A model generated the notes under the pieces. It saw nothing but the letters and a program-made list of their open reading frames with translations, ran no database searches and had not been told where the DNA came from. Positions 27,478-37,053 of a stretch of DNA of 64,000 bases are shown here, in pieces. The DNA is from a virus (Duplodnaviria > Caudoviricetes): the IMG/VR virus record IMGVR_UViG_3300031555_010338; one strand, given 5' to 3'. The first letter of the stretch is position 1. Every line of letters starts with the position of its first letter. Position numbers and translations under genes: made by a program.

Positions 27478-27784
27478 ACAAACCATCATCGACTTCATCC
27501 GCCACTTCAAAGATGCGCAAAAGACATTTCTTGACGGGTGCTGCTACTGGTTCTGCTATATTTTGAGCGCCAGATTTGGAGGCTCAACATTTTATGAGCC
27601 AGTTGAAGGACACTTTGTACAAAAAATTGGCGATTCGTTCTTTGATGTGCGCGGTGATGTCACTGAACTGTATAAGGACTGTCGGTATATGGTGTGTTGG
27701 GATACATACAAGCTTGTAGACCCAACACATTACCGGCATGTTGTAAGAGACTGTGTATTGAAAGAGAGGTATGAAGATGATTGA
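27470..27784 (+). CDS. Hypothetical protein
   Basis: GCCYWF...HFV...FFDVRG (Cys-His-Asp pattern). Confidence 0.6.
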   Translation: MDKQTIIDFIRHFKDAQKTFLDGCCYWFCYILSARFGGSTFYEPVEGHFVQKIGDSFFDVRGDVTELYKDCRYMVCWDTYKLVDPTHYRHVVRDCVLKERYEDD

Positions 27785-28589
27785 TGCACTTGAGCGTGAC
27801 CAGAAAATCATGCGTCGGCTTGCTGAACATCTTGATTCGGTGAAGGATAAACATCCAGAATGGGTCGGTATCTTTCTCCAAGGCTCTCAGAATTACAACC
27901 TGGACTATGAGGGGAGCGACATTGATTCAAAGCTGATTGTCCTCCCCTCTTTCGAGGATTTTGTACTTAACAGAAAGCCTTATAGCTACACGCACATCAT
28001 GGAAAACGATGAGCATGTGGATGTAAAGGATATTCGCTTGATGTTTGAGTGCTTCCGTAAGCAAAATATCAACTTTGTTGAGATCCTTTTTACAAAGTAT
28101 CGCATTATGAACCCTAAATACGAGGTGTTGTTCAAGCCCGTTTTGGATGCTCGTGAACTCGTTGGACGATACAACAACTATGCCGCTATGAACTGTATGG
28201 TTGGTGCGGCGATGGAGAAGCGCAAGGCTTTGTGCCATCCTTATCCCGCCACTATGGAGAAGATCGAAAAGTTTGGCTACGATCCGAAGCAACTTCATCA
28301 TATCCTGCGCTTTGATGAATTTAATGAGCGTTGGCTTGCCGGTGTTCTGTATGAACACTGCTTGATTTCTGAGCAGCGTGACTATTTTCGATCTGTAAAG
28401 TTTGGTTGTCACACTTTAGAAGAAGCAATCGAAATTGCAGACGAAACGATTGAGCGTATGAAACGACGTAAAGACGAGTACATGGCTGCTACCCCCCCCA
28501 TTATCAATCGTGATGTGGAGCAAATCTTGAACTCAGCTCTTATCGAGCTGTTCAAATACAATTTTCAGTGTGAGATTGGAGGTGTGTAA
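27771..28589 (+). CDS. Nucleotidyltransferase (Pol-beta superfamily)
   Basis: GSQNYNLDYEGSDIDSK. Confidence 0.8.
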   Translation: MKMIDALERDQKIMRRLAEHLDSVKDKHPEWVGIFLQGSQNYNLDYEGSDIDSKLIVLPSFEDFVLNRKPYSYTHIMENDEHVDVKDIRLMFECFRKQNINFVEILFTKYRIMNPKYEVLFKPVLDARELVGRYNNYAAMNCMVGAAMEKRKALCHPYPATMEKIEKFGYDPKQLHHILRFDEFNERWLAGVLYEHCLISEQRDYFRSVKFGCHTLEEAIEIADETIERMKRRKDEYMAATPPIINRDVEQILNSALIELFKYNFQCEIGGV

Positions 28590-28590
28590 C

Positions 28591-29520
28591 ATGGAAAATA
28601 AGCAACCTATCTTTTTCATGCTTGTTGGTCTTCCGTACAGTGGAAAATCTGTCCAGGCCGAAAAGCTGAAAGAACAGTATGGAGCTGTTATCCATTCCAG
28701 TGATGCCATCAGAGCGGAAGTCCTTGGCGATGTTCAGGATCAGAATAATAATGGAAAAGTGTTTGAAGTTCTTCACCGCCGCGTCTTTGATGATCTGTCT
28801 GCCGGCAAGAATGTCGTGTACGATGCTACCAACATCAGTTATAAGCGCCGCATGGATGCTTTGCAGCGTATCAACAAAATCGATTGTCAGAAGGTCTGCC
28901 TTTTCATGGCAACTCCCTTTGATGTCTGTATTGAGCGCAGCAAGAACCGTGAGCGCGTTGTTCCTTATGAGGTTGTCGAGCGCATGTATAAAACGATCTG
29001 GATTCCCAATGTGTATGAGGGTTGGGATCATGTTGAGTTGATTTATCCCGAAGGTTTTAAGCCTTACAATCTTCGTGACCTGTTCAACGGAGAGAATGGT
29101 TTGAACTACATCAATCAGGACAATCCTCATCACGCTCTGACTGTCGGACATCATTGCATTACTGCATATGGCCTTGTCCACAACGAGTCTCCTGAATTGC
29201 AGGAAGCAGCTCTTCTGCATGATATCGGTAAGCCTTTTACGAAGTCTTTCGTAAATAGCAAGGGTGAAACTACTGAGGTTGCCCATTATTACGACCATCA
29301 TCATGTTTCCGCATATGACAGTTTGTTTTATGGTGATTTCAGTCTGGATCGTCTTTACATCGCCGCTATCATCCAGTGGCATATGAGGCCGTTTGAACTT
29401 GAGCGTCTTGGTGACTCCAGACGTGCAAAAGAAAAGTTCAGAGATCTTGTTGGATATAAGCTGTACCGCGACATTGAGCGTCTGCATGTGGCAGATATCG
29501 AAGCGAAAGGCTTGAAGTAA
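28591..29520 (+). CDS. Polynucleotide kinase (AAA_33) + HD phosphohydrolase
   Basis: GLPYSGKS, SSDAIR, DATN; HHALTVGHH, LHDIGK. Confidence 0.85.
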   Translation: MENKQPIFFMLVGLPYSGKSVQAEKLKEQYGAVIHSSDAIRAEVLGDVQDQNNNGKVFEVLHRRVFDDLSAGKNVVYDATNISYKRRMDALQRINKIDCQKVCLFMATPFDVCIERSKNRERVVPYEVVERMYKTIWIPNVYEGWDHVELIYPEGFKPYNLRDLFNGENGLNYINQDNPHHALTVGHHCITAYGLVHNESPELQEAALLHDIGKPFTKSFVNSKGETTEVAHYYDHHHVSAYDSLFYGDFSLDRLYIAAIIQWHMRPFELERLGDSRRAKEKFRDLVGYKLYRDIERLHVADIEAKGLK

Positions 29521-29579
29521 GACATAATCATTAGCGCAAAGTAGGTGTTTCTATATATAGCAAAGAAGATTTGGAGGTA

Positions 29580-30487
29580 ATGCAGTCTTGGGATTTGCAG
29601 CGCAAGATCCAAGTTACCACGACACGCATTATCGAATGGTATGAGCATTACAACGGCAATGTCTATGTAGCGTTCTCTGGTGGCAAAGATTCTACTGTTT
29701 TGCTGGATATTGTACGGCGTATTTATCCCGATGTGCCGGCTGTTTTCTGCGATACTGGTTTGGAGTTTCCCGAAATCAGAGAGTTTGTTAAAAAGCAAGC
29801 TAATGTTGTCATTCTTCGGCCTGAGATGAATTTCCGAAAGGTCATTGAGGTGTATGGCTACCCCGTCGTTTCCAAGCGCGTCGCTGACACGGTAGAGTAC
29901 GGCCATAAGCCTGGTTCTTTCCGTTGGAAGGAGCTGCACGGAGAAATCATGCGTAGCAATGGCACTCCTTCTGAGTTCAACTGCGAGAAGTGGTGCTATC
30001 TGCTGGATGCGCCTTTCAAGGTATCTTCCCGTTGCTGCAACATCATGAAGAAGCGGCCAATGAAAAAGTATGCTAAGCAGACTGGCCGAGTTCCCATTAT
30101 TGCTACTATGACAGACGAAAGCCGTTCCCGCCGATCCGTATGGATGAAGCAGGGTTGTAATGCCTTTAATAAGAAAGATCCATCTTCTCAGCCTATGTCT
30201 TTCTGGACTGAAAACGATGTCCTTGAATATCTCTACACCTACAATATCCCCTATGCACCGGTTTATGGTGAAATCATGCGTTGCGGGGGGGGTGGACGAC
30301 GACAGGTGAAAAGCGCACCGGATGCGTATTTTGTGCATTTGGCGCTCATCTGGAGAAGTCCCCTAACCGCTTCCAGCGTCTGAAGGTTTCTCATCCTAAG
30401 CTGTGGGATTATTGTATGAGATCGTGGGATGAACATGGCTTAGGCATGAGAGAAGTTTTGGAGTACATCGGTATCCAATGTGAATAG
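29580..30487 (+). pseudogene. PAPS-reductase-family protein, frameshifted at G8 (30285-30292)
   Basis: FSGGKDS, DTGLEFPE, CC..MKK; the conserved C-terminal RTGCVFC lies in another frame; G9 restores the frame. Confidence 0.85.
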
Positions 30488-30490
30488 GAG

Positions 30491-31105
30491 TTGAAGAAAA
30501 TAGAAGACCGTAAGTATCTGAGCGGTACGAGTCTGGCTGGCAAGTCTCCTACGAGATCTCGTGCTGAGAACGATTTCTACGCAACTCCGTTTGAAACGAC
30601 TGCAGCAATTCTTGATCGTGTCCCGCTCGTTGGATCTATCTTGGAACCAGCAGCAGGCCAAGGTCATATCAGCAAGCTTCTGATGGAGCGTTATCCTAAT
30701 AGCGAGATTGTTTCTACGGATTTAGTAGAGCGTGAAGATAAGTTCGCCTGCGGTGTCCAGGGAGGGGTAGATTTCCTTACCTATGACTTCGGGCGGAAGT
30801 TTGACAATGTGATTACTAACCCGCCGTTCTCTCTGGCAAAAGAGTTTATCGAAAAAGCTCTTGAAGTATCAAATGATAAGGTAATCATGTTTGCAAAAAT
30901 TCAGCTTCTCGAAGGTGAGAAGCGTCGTCCTCTGTTTGACACACATCCGCCAAAGTATGTGTATGTGTTTACCAAGCGCCAAAGCCCTTTGAACAATGGC
31001 AGTGCTGTTGATGAAAATGGAAAGCCTTGGGCAACTACAATGTGTTTTGCTTGGTTTGTGTGGGAACATGGTTTTGTCGGTGAGCCGACAATTCGTTGGA
31101 TTTAA
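30491..31105 (+). CDS. Amino (N6-adenine-type) DNA methyltransferase
   Basis: DFYATP, LEPAAGQG, TNPPF, FAWFVW. Confidence 0.8.
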   Translation: MKKIEDRKYLSGTSLAGKSPTRSRAENDFYATPFETTAAILDRVPLVGSILEPAAGQGHISKLLMERYPNSEIVSTDLVEREDKFACGVQGGVDFLTYDFGRKFDNVITNPPFSLAKEFIEKALEVSNDKVIMFAKIQLLEGEKRRPLFDTHPPKYVYVFTKRQSPLNNGSAVDENGKPWATTMCFAWFVWEHGFVGEPTIRWI

Positions 31106-31136
31106 GAAATTAGCTAAACAACACAAGGAGAGTAAT

Positions 31137-31824
31137 ATGTTTGAGGTAAACAAGATTTTTGTAGGGGATTGTATTTCAGGTATGCAATCGTGGGGGGGGG
31201 CAAGCCGACCTTGTGCTTACAGACCCTCCTTATAACATCAGCGTTGATAACAATTTCCATACGATGCGTGGTCGCCACGGAATTGATTTTGGAGATTGGG
31301 ATAAAGGGTTCGACTTGACGGGTTGGATACCAGAGGCGGTATCCAGGCTTAAACCAGGCGGAAATATTATCATTTTTAATGCTTGGCGAAATATGGGTGA
31401 AATTGCTACTGCTCTGGAAGGGTGTGGATGCCTTGTAAAAGAGATGATCCAGTGGCAAAAGACCAATCCAATGCCAAGAAACAGAGATCGCCTATATGTA
31501 ACTGCTTGTGAATTTGCAATTTGGGCGACTAAAGGCAAAGGATGGACGTTCAACCGACAAAGAGAAACCTACGAAAACACAATTTTCAAATATCCAATCG
31601 TGTCTGCAAAACGGCGCATTCATACGACGCAAAAACCGATTGAACTTATTCGTGATTTAATTCTCATCCATAGTAACCCGAACGATATAGTTCTCGATCC
31701 GTTTATGGGCAGTGGTACAACTGCTATTGCCGCCATTGAAACGGGACGAAAGTTTGTTGGGTTCGAGATTGACGAAAATTATTACTCTGCTGCGTGTCAG
31801 CGAATTACAGAAAGAATTGCTTAA
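31137..31824 (+). pseudogene. Beta-class N4/N6 DNA methyltransferase, frameshifted at G9 (31192-31200)
   Basis: MFEVNKIFVGDC in one frame; DLVLTDPPY...HTTQKP...DPFMGSGT in the next; G8 restores the frame. Confidence 0.85.
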
Positions 31825-31841
31825 CGGCGAGTGTGATTTAC

Positions 31842-32582
31842 ATGAAGCATATTGCAAGTGTCAGCTTTGGCAAGGATAGCCTTGCTATGCTGTTATGTCT
31901 TATCGAAAAGAAATACCCGCTCGATATTGTCCTCTTCTATAACACTGGTATGGAGTTTGAGGCAATTTACCGAATCCGAGACAAGATTGTTCCTGTGCTT
32001 GAAGAACTTGGAATCGATTATGTTGAGCTTCATCCATCAGAACCCTTTCTATACACGATGCTTGAGCGTCCTGTTAATAGCATGAGGGGGGGGCAGAAGT
32101 ACGGATACGGCTGGTGCGGTGGTCTTTGCCGTTGGGGAACGTCAGAAAAACTCAGAGCAATAAAGAAGTTTAAGCGCTCACTGAATGATGTGGTCATTGA
32201 TTATGTCGGCATCGCTTCTGACGAACAATCCCGTTTTGAAAAGGCAAAAAGCGACGGCAAAAGATTACCACTGGTTGAGTGGGATATGACAGAAAAGGAT
32301 TGTTTGGAGTATTGCCATGCAAAAGGTTGGTATTGGTACGAAACAACAGAATCCGGAACTGTTGAACTGTATTCAATTTTAGATCGTGTTTCTTGTTGGT
32401 GTTGTTGTAACAAGAACCTAAAAGAACTGAAAAACATCTATCTACATCTCCCAGAATATTGGGAGAAGTTAAAAGCGCTTCAATCTCAAATGAGTAGGCC
32501 AATCAAAGGTTTTTACAAAAATCATCCAAAGGGAATTTTTGAGCTTGAAGATAGATTTTCTAAGGAGATAAACAAATCATGA
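31842..32582 (+). CDS. PAPS-reductase-family protein (in-frame G8 at 32086-32093)
   Basis: SFGKDS, TGMEF, WCGGLCRWG, RVSCWCC. Confidence 0.8.
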   Translation: MKHIASVSFGKDSLAMLLCLIEKKYPLDIVLFYNTGMEFEAIYRIRDKIVPVLEELGIDYVELHPSEPFLYTMLERPVNSMRGGQKYGYGWCGGLCRWGTSEKLRAIKKFKRSLNDVVIDYVGIASDEQSRFEKAKSDGKRLPLVEWDMTEKDCLEYCHAKGWYWYETTESGTVELYSILDRVSCWCCCNKNLKELKNIYLHLPEYWEKLKALQSQMSRPIKGFYKNHPKGIFELEDRFSKEINKS

Positions 32583-33466
32583 AATACAATACTGCCCTTT
32601 TCTGCGAGTTCGACAAGTACGCCGCAGAAAGCTATTGCGCAGTTCATGGTGTGGATCATTCTCTGAACATTGGCGATATCACCCAGGCCGACGAAAAAGC
32701 TGTGCCTGACTTCAATGTAATGTTCGGGGGTAGTCCGTGCCAGGACTTCTCAATCGCCGGCAAACAGGGGGGGGTAGCGTGGAAATGTAAATCCTGCGAC
32801 CATACATATAACCCTCTGGAAGCCCACTATACCGTTCGCTACCAGTGTCCGAAGTGCGGATCAACCGACATTGATAAGACCCGCTCTTCCCTTCTTGTAG
32901 AGTGGCTGCGCTTTCTCCGTGAGAAGAAGCCTCGCTTTGCAATCTATGAAAATGTCAAAAACATTGTCGGTACTCGTTTCAAAGAAACCTTTGATTTGTT
33001 TGTAAAGGAACTTGAAGAGTACGGCTACAATGTGTACTGGCAGGTTTTGAATGCAAAGAATTATGGCATTCCTCAGAACAGAGAGCGTGTCTACTGCGTT
33101 ATCATTCGTAAAGATTTGGATAACGGTCAATTCAAATTCCCAGAACCAATTCCTCTGAAATCATCTTTGAGTGATCTGCTGGAGGACGAAGTAGATGAGC
33201 ATTACTATCTCAGCGACGAGAAAGTAGCTCAGATGATCGCCCCCCCCCACTCCGTAATATCAGCAACACCGTCCGATCAAGCGGACGCGGATCAACTGAC
33301 AGACACACATGGGACTTGCTGCCATGCGAAGAGAGGCGCAAAGCTGAGTAACAAAGGGAGCCATTTTGATGGCTACAGCGATGTCGCCTTAACCTTATTG
33401 GCACGAGACTATAAAGGTTTTGGAAATCAGCAAATGACAGGAGTTATTGAGTCGAATGAACGATAA
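32579..33466 (+). CDS. C5-cytosine methyltransferase subunit alpha (motifs II-VIII + TRD)
   Basis: CEFDKYA, GDI, GGSPCQDFS, YENV, PQNRERV; lacks motif I; CxxC...CxxC insert. Confidence 0.9.
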   Translation: MKYNTALFCEFDKYAAESYCAVHGVDHSLNIGDITQADEKAVPDFNVMFGGSPCQDFSIAGKQGGVAWKCKSCDHTYNPLEAHYTVRYQCPKCGSTDIDKTRSSLLVEWLRFLREKKPRFAIYENVKNIVGTRFKETFDLFVKELEEYGYNVYWQVLNAKNYGIPQNRERVYCVIIRKDLDNGQFKFPEPIPLKSSLSDLLEDEVDEHYYLSDEKVAQMIAPPHSVISATPSDQADADQLTDTHGTCCHAKRGAKLSNKGSHFDGYSDVALTLLARDYKGFGNQQMTGVIESNER

Positions 33467-34334
33467 ATTAAACCCTGACAGTCTGTTTACCCCCCCCGTA
33501 TCATATTGCATAGACGCAAATTACTATAAGGGGACAACAATAGAACAGTACGTCAAAAAGAAGCGGAGGCAACTTGTAGTGGATACTTTTGATAAACATA
33601 AAACAAAGAACGATATTACGATGCTTGGCGGGTTGCAAGCTCATCAACATCCGTGCAGTGATGGGATTTGCCCCTGTGTGAATAGTGCGGCTGGAATGGG
33701 TGGTGGACAAACACCTATTGCAATTCGACCTGGATTTCGTGTGAGAAAACTTACACCAAAAGAGTGTTGGAGACTTATGGGATTTGAAGACCAAGATTTT
33801 GAGAATGCCAAGAACGGCATGAATCAGAATATCTACAATGGAAATGATCGTTCCAGCTCTCAGCTCTATAAGCAGGCTGGCAACAGTATTGTTGTCGATG
33901 TGCTGCTTCACATCATGGAAAACCTGTACGAAGCTATGCCGTATTTGTTTGAAGACATCCAAATCGGCTCTTTCTTCAGCGGTATTGGCGCATTTGAAAA
34001 GGCTCTTGATCGACTTGAGCCTAACAATACTCACTCAGCCGAATTAGCGACGGACAACCCTGAGTTGCATCAACTTGGTTATATCAACGGAAATAATGGT
34101 GTAGCCAATCGCGTATATGATAACAACCTGGCTCGTACCTTAGCTGCCGAGGCGGGGGGGGGCGGAGCTAAGACCGGCTGGTATCGAATTACCCCCCCCC
34201 GCAATCCAGTGATTCTGGATGTAAAGCAGCAACATCGGGAGGGGAAGCCGAGAATGTACCAGACAGGTATTGTCCCGACCCTTGCAGCACGGGATTACAA
34301 AGACCCGTTGCGAGTTGTTGTGAAGAAAGGGTAA
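33456..34334 (+). CDS. C5-cytosine methyltransferase subunit beta (TRDs, motifs IX-X-I, TRDs)
   Basis: RKLTPKECWRLMGF, YKQAGNSIVV, then FFSGIGAFE. Confidence 0.85.
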   Translation: MNDKLNPDSLFTPPVSYCIDANYYKGTTIEQYVKKKRRQLVVDTFDKHKTKNDITMLGGLQAHQHPCSDGICPCVNSAAGMGGGQTPIAIRPGFRVRKLTPKECWRLMGFEDQDFENAKNGMNQNIYNGNDRSSSQLYKQAGNSIVVDVLLHIMENLYEAMPYLFEDIQIGSFFSGIGAFEKALDRLEPNNTHSAELATDNPELHQLGYINGNNGVANRVYDNNLARTLAAEAGGGGAKTGWYRITPPRNPVILDVKQQHREGKPRMYQTGIVPTLAARDYKDPLRVVVKKG

Positions 34335-34570
34335 TTTTAGATGATACTATGGGCTTTGAACAAACGCCTCGCATTTACAAAGAGTTTTGTCCAAGTTTGA
34401 GAGCGAGTAGAAATGGTTTGAAAACTGTTACTGCTTCCAATCTTGGGATTATTGATCCGCAAGGCCGCACAAAGAAAAAGCTCTATATCAAAAAGATCTG
34501 TCCAACGCTCCGCGCACAAATCCACGGAAATCCGCCATGTGCGGTGTATGAGGTAAAACAAAATGAGTGA
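34202..34570 (+). other. Alternative TRD cassette, reachable by +1 C at 34192-34200 (or translated from ATG 34349)
   Basis: Frame open from the C tract to 34570; encodes CPSLRASRNGLK and CPTLRAQIHGNPP. Confidence 0.65.
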
Positions 34571-34797
34571 GACGATCAGAATCAAACAGGCCACAAAGCA
34601 AGGCTTCATTGAGTGTGTCGTGGGGGGGGGCTGTCGATCTCTCCTACCCAAACTCTAAAACCCGTCGTGGCCGTGTGCAAGAAGGCGGAATGATTTGCCC
34701 GACGATTACAGCCCAGACAACGGGAATTTGTATCGTAGAAAAAGCAAGGAATTCCACCAAACCTATTGACAAATCCGAAAAACCTGATATACTATAA
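34563..34797 (+). pseudogene. Stand-alone TRD gene, frameshifted at G9 (34622-34630)
   Basis: MSETIRIKQATKQGFIEC joins AVDLSYPNSKTRRGRV...CPTITA when the tract is G8. Confidence 0.75.
34766..34793 (+). promoter_or_regulatory. Sigma-A promoter for the replication module
   Basis: TTGACA-16-TATACT with extended -10 TG. Confidence 0.65.
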
Positions 34798-34898
34798 AAG
34801 GAGTTAGTTAAACAATTTCGCAGAGCAGCATGTAGCCGCCGCGAATGTTTCAATATCCAAGGAATTAACAAAACAATCTTATCAAAAGGAGAATCGTT

Positions 34899-35462
34899 AT
34901 GAACCCTCATGATGCAAAAGCACTGAATGATCTGCTCCCCGTTTTTCTTCCTTCTGTTGCTGAGCTTACCAAGTATGTTCCTAAGGAAGACAGTTCCTGC
35001 GCTTGTGCGAGTGCGGCATCTGCGGCTGCAGTCCCCGCAACTCGTCCTATTGCTCCCAAGGCAATCTCTCTGGTTCCTCAGCAGGTGATTTTCAATCCTC
35101 CCGCTACCATTGTGTACTGGAAGGACGGCGACAAGACCGTTGTTCGCTGTGACAACGATGAGTTCTCTGAGGAATTTGGCTTTGCTATGGCCTGCATGAG
35201 AAAGATCTACGGCACTCGTGCCAATTTCAAGGCTCAGTTCAAGGATGCCTATCGTCCTCAGGCAAAGAAGGCGACTGCCAAGCTGAAGGAAGCTAACGTA
35301 GAAGTTGGCGCTCCCGCTCCCAATGCCGCAAAGATGAACAATCCTATTCGGATCATCAAGAAGAGCGGCAACGGTGTTCCTTCTCTGGATCAGTTGCTCA
35401 AGGAGCTGGCCGGCGACGACAGCATCGGCGTTGAGATCGAGTTCCGCGTAAAGAATGCCTGA
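34899..35462 (+). CDS. Conserved phage hypothetical protein
   Basis: VIFNPPATIVYWKDGDKTVVRC. Confidence 0.7.
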   Translation: MNPHDAKALNDLLPVFLPSVAELTKYVPKEDSSCACASAASAAAVPATRPIAPKAISLVPQQVIFNPPATIVYWKDGDKTVVRCDNDEFSEEFGFAMACMRKIYGTRANFKAQFKDAYRPQAKKATAKLKEANVEVGAPAPNAAKMNNPIRIIKKSGNGVPSLDQLLKELAGDDSIGVEIEFRVKNA

Positions 35463-35712
35463 TAAGTTTGTATGTGTTGAGTGTGGCTGTGTCTTTCATG
35501 ATCCAAAGCGATATACGGAAAGACATGGCCTTGACACTCCCCCATACGAGCATTTTACTGGTTGTCCGAAATGCGGTGGCGCTTATGTAGATGCAAGAGC
35601 TTGTGAATACTGCGGTGAAGATATCACTGGTGAATATGTATTAACCGCAGACGGGAAGAGCTATTGCGAAGAGTGCTATACCCGTAGGGATATTTCAGAT
35701 GACCTTAGTTAA
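35455..35712 (+). CDS. Zn-finger hypothetical protein
   Basis: Four CxxC pairs. Confidence 0.7.
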   Translation: MPDKFVCVECGCVFHDPKRYTERHGLDTPPYEHFTGCPKCGGAYVDARACEYCGEDITGEYVLTADGKSYCEECYTRRDISDDLS

Positions 35713-35727
35713 TGGAGGCTATGTCGT

Positions 35728-36318
35728 TTGCAAAACATCGATTTGAAAGCAAAGTTTCTCACAATCTGTCGTGAGAAAATCAATCGTGATGGCCTGGACT
35801 CTCTGCTTGACTGGCTGGAGAACGAGAGTGATTTCTTTGTCGCTCCCGCCAGCACAAGATTTCATGGCAACCACAAGTATGGCCTGTTAGAGCATTCTCT
35901 GAATGTCTATAATGCTCTCAACGAATTAGTTAAACAATTTCCGCATTTGAATATTTCCGAAGAAACCATTGCAATCGCAGCTCTTTTCCATGATTTGTGC
36001 AAGGCTAACTACTATGTTGTCAGCACAAAGAATGTGAAGGACGAAACGACTGGTGTATGGCGTAAGGAACCGTTCTATAAGGCAGATGACCAGTACCCCG
36101 TAGGCCACGGAGAAAAGTCTGTCATTATCCTAATGAAGCACATGCAGCTTACCGACGATGAGATCTACGCAATTCGTTGGCATATGTCTGGCTATGATTC
36201 CGCTGTCAAGGGTGGAGATTACGGTTGTGGGAAAGCATATGAGATTTGCCCATTTGCCGTGTTGCTCCACTTAGCAGATATGACAGCAAGTTATTTGATG
36301 GAGGAACACAGTGTCTGA
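35728..36318 (+). CDS. HD-domain hydrolase
   Basis: APASTRFH, GLLEHS, FHDLCK, GHGEKS, AIRWHM, LAD. Confidence 0.9.
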   Translation: MQNIDLKAKFLTICREKINRDGLDSLLDWLENESDFFVAPASTRFHGNHKYGLLEHSLNVYNALNELVKQFPHLNISEETIAIAALFHDLCKANYYVVSTKNVKDETTGVWRKEPFYKADDQYPVGHGEKSVIILMKHMQLTDDEIYAIRWHMSGYDSAVKGGDYGCGKAYEICPFAVLLHLADMTASYLMEEHSV

Positions 36319-37039
36319 AGAGAAAGCTTTGAACTTAGTACAGAAGCTTGCCAAGATCCGTGAAATGGTCGAGGTTCTTCGCAAGAATAAGTCTGGCTTT
36401 AACTATAAGTATGTCACTGAGGATGAAATCTTGGCTCGTGTTGCCGCCGGCATGAAGAAGTACGGCGTGTCTCTCAAGCCAAGCGTTGTCCCTGGCACAC
36501 TGGTTACAAGCCCTATTCACTATCAGAAAACAAAGAAATCCAAGTCCGGAGATCCTATTATTGAGGACATTTACGAGACTTTGGTGCAGGCCGATCTCGT
36601 TTTTACATGGATCGACTGCGACAATCAGGATGACAAGATGGAAGTCACATGGGCTTTGATCGGTCAGCAGGGAGACGCAGCCCAGGCATTTGGCAGCGCT
36701 CTTACATATGCGAACCGTTACTTTATGCTGAAGTTCTTCCAGATTGCAACTCCCGACGACGATCCTGACAACTGGCGTAGCAAGAAGGAAGAGGCCGAGG
36801 CAGAAGCCGAGCTTGCTGTTACTCGTCAGCTTATCGCCAAGATCGACGCTCATGTGCATACCTATCTGGATGCAAACAACAACAGCGACGAGGCTCGTAA
36901 GAAGCTGACCGAGGTTGTTAAGAAGTATGTCCGCAATGGCAATAAGCCTTCCGCAGACTACATGAATTATCTGACTGACCCCTCTGTGGCCGCTAAGCTG
37001 CTGGAAGAGCTTGGTCGTCAGTTCTCAATTACAGAATAA
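36311..37039 (+). CDS. ERF-family single-strand annealing protein
   Basis: YKY; QAFGSALTYANRY; DDPD. Confidence 0.85.
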   Translation: MSEEKALNLVQKLAKIREMVEVLRKNKSGFNYKYVTEDEILARVAAGMKKYGVSLKPSVVPGTLVTSPIHYQKTKKSKSGDPIIEDIYETLVQADLVFTWIDCDNQDDKMEVTWALIGQQGDAAQAFGSALTYANRYFMLKFFQIATPDDDPDNWRSKKEEAEAEAELAVTRQLIAKIDAHVHTYLDANNNSDEARKKLTEVVKKYVRNGNKPSADYMNYLTDPSVAAKLLEELGRQFSITE

Positions 37040-37053
37040 GGAGGAAGTAAGAT

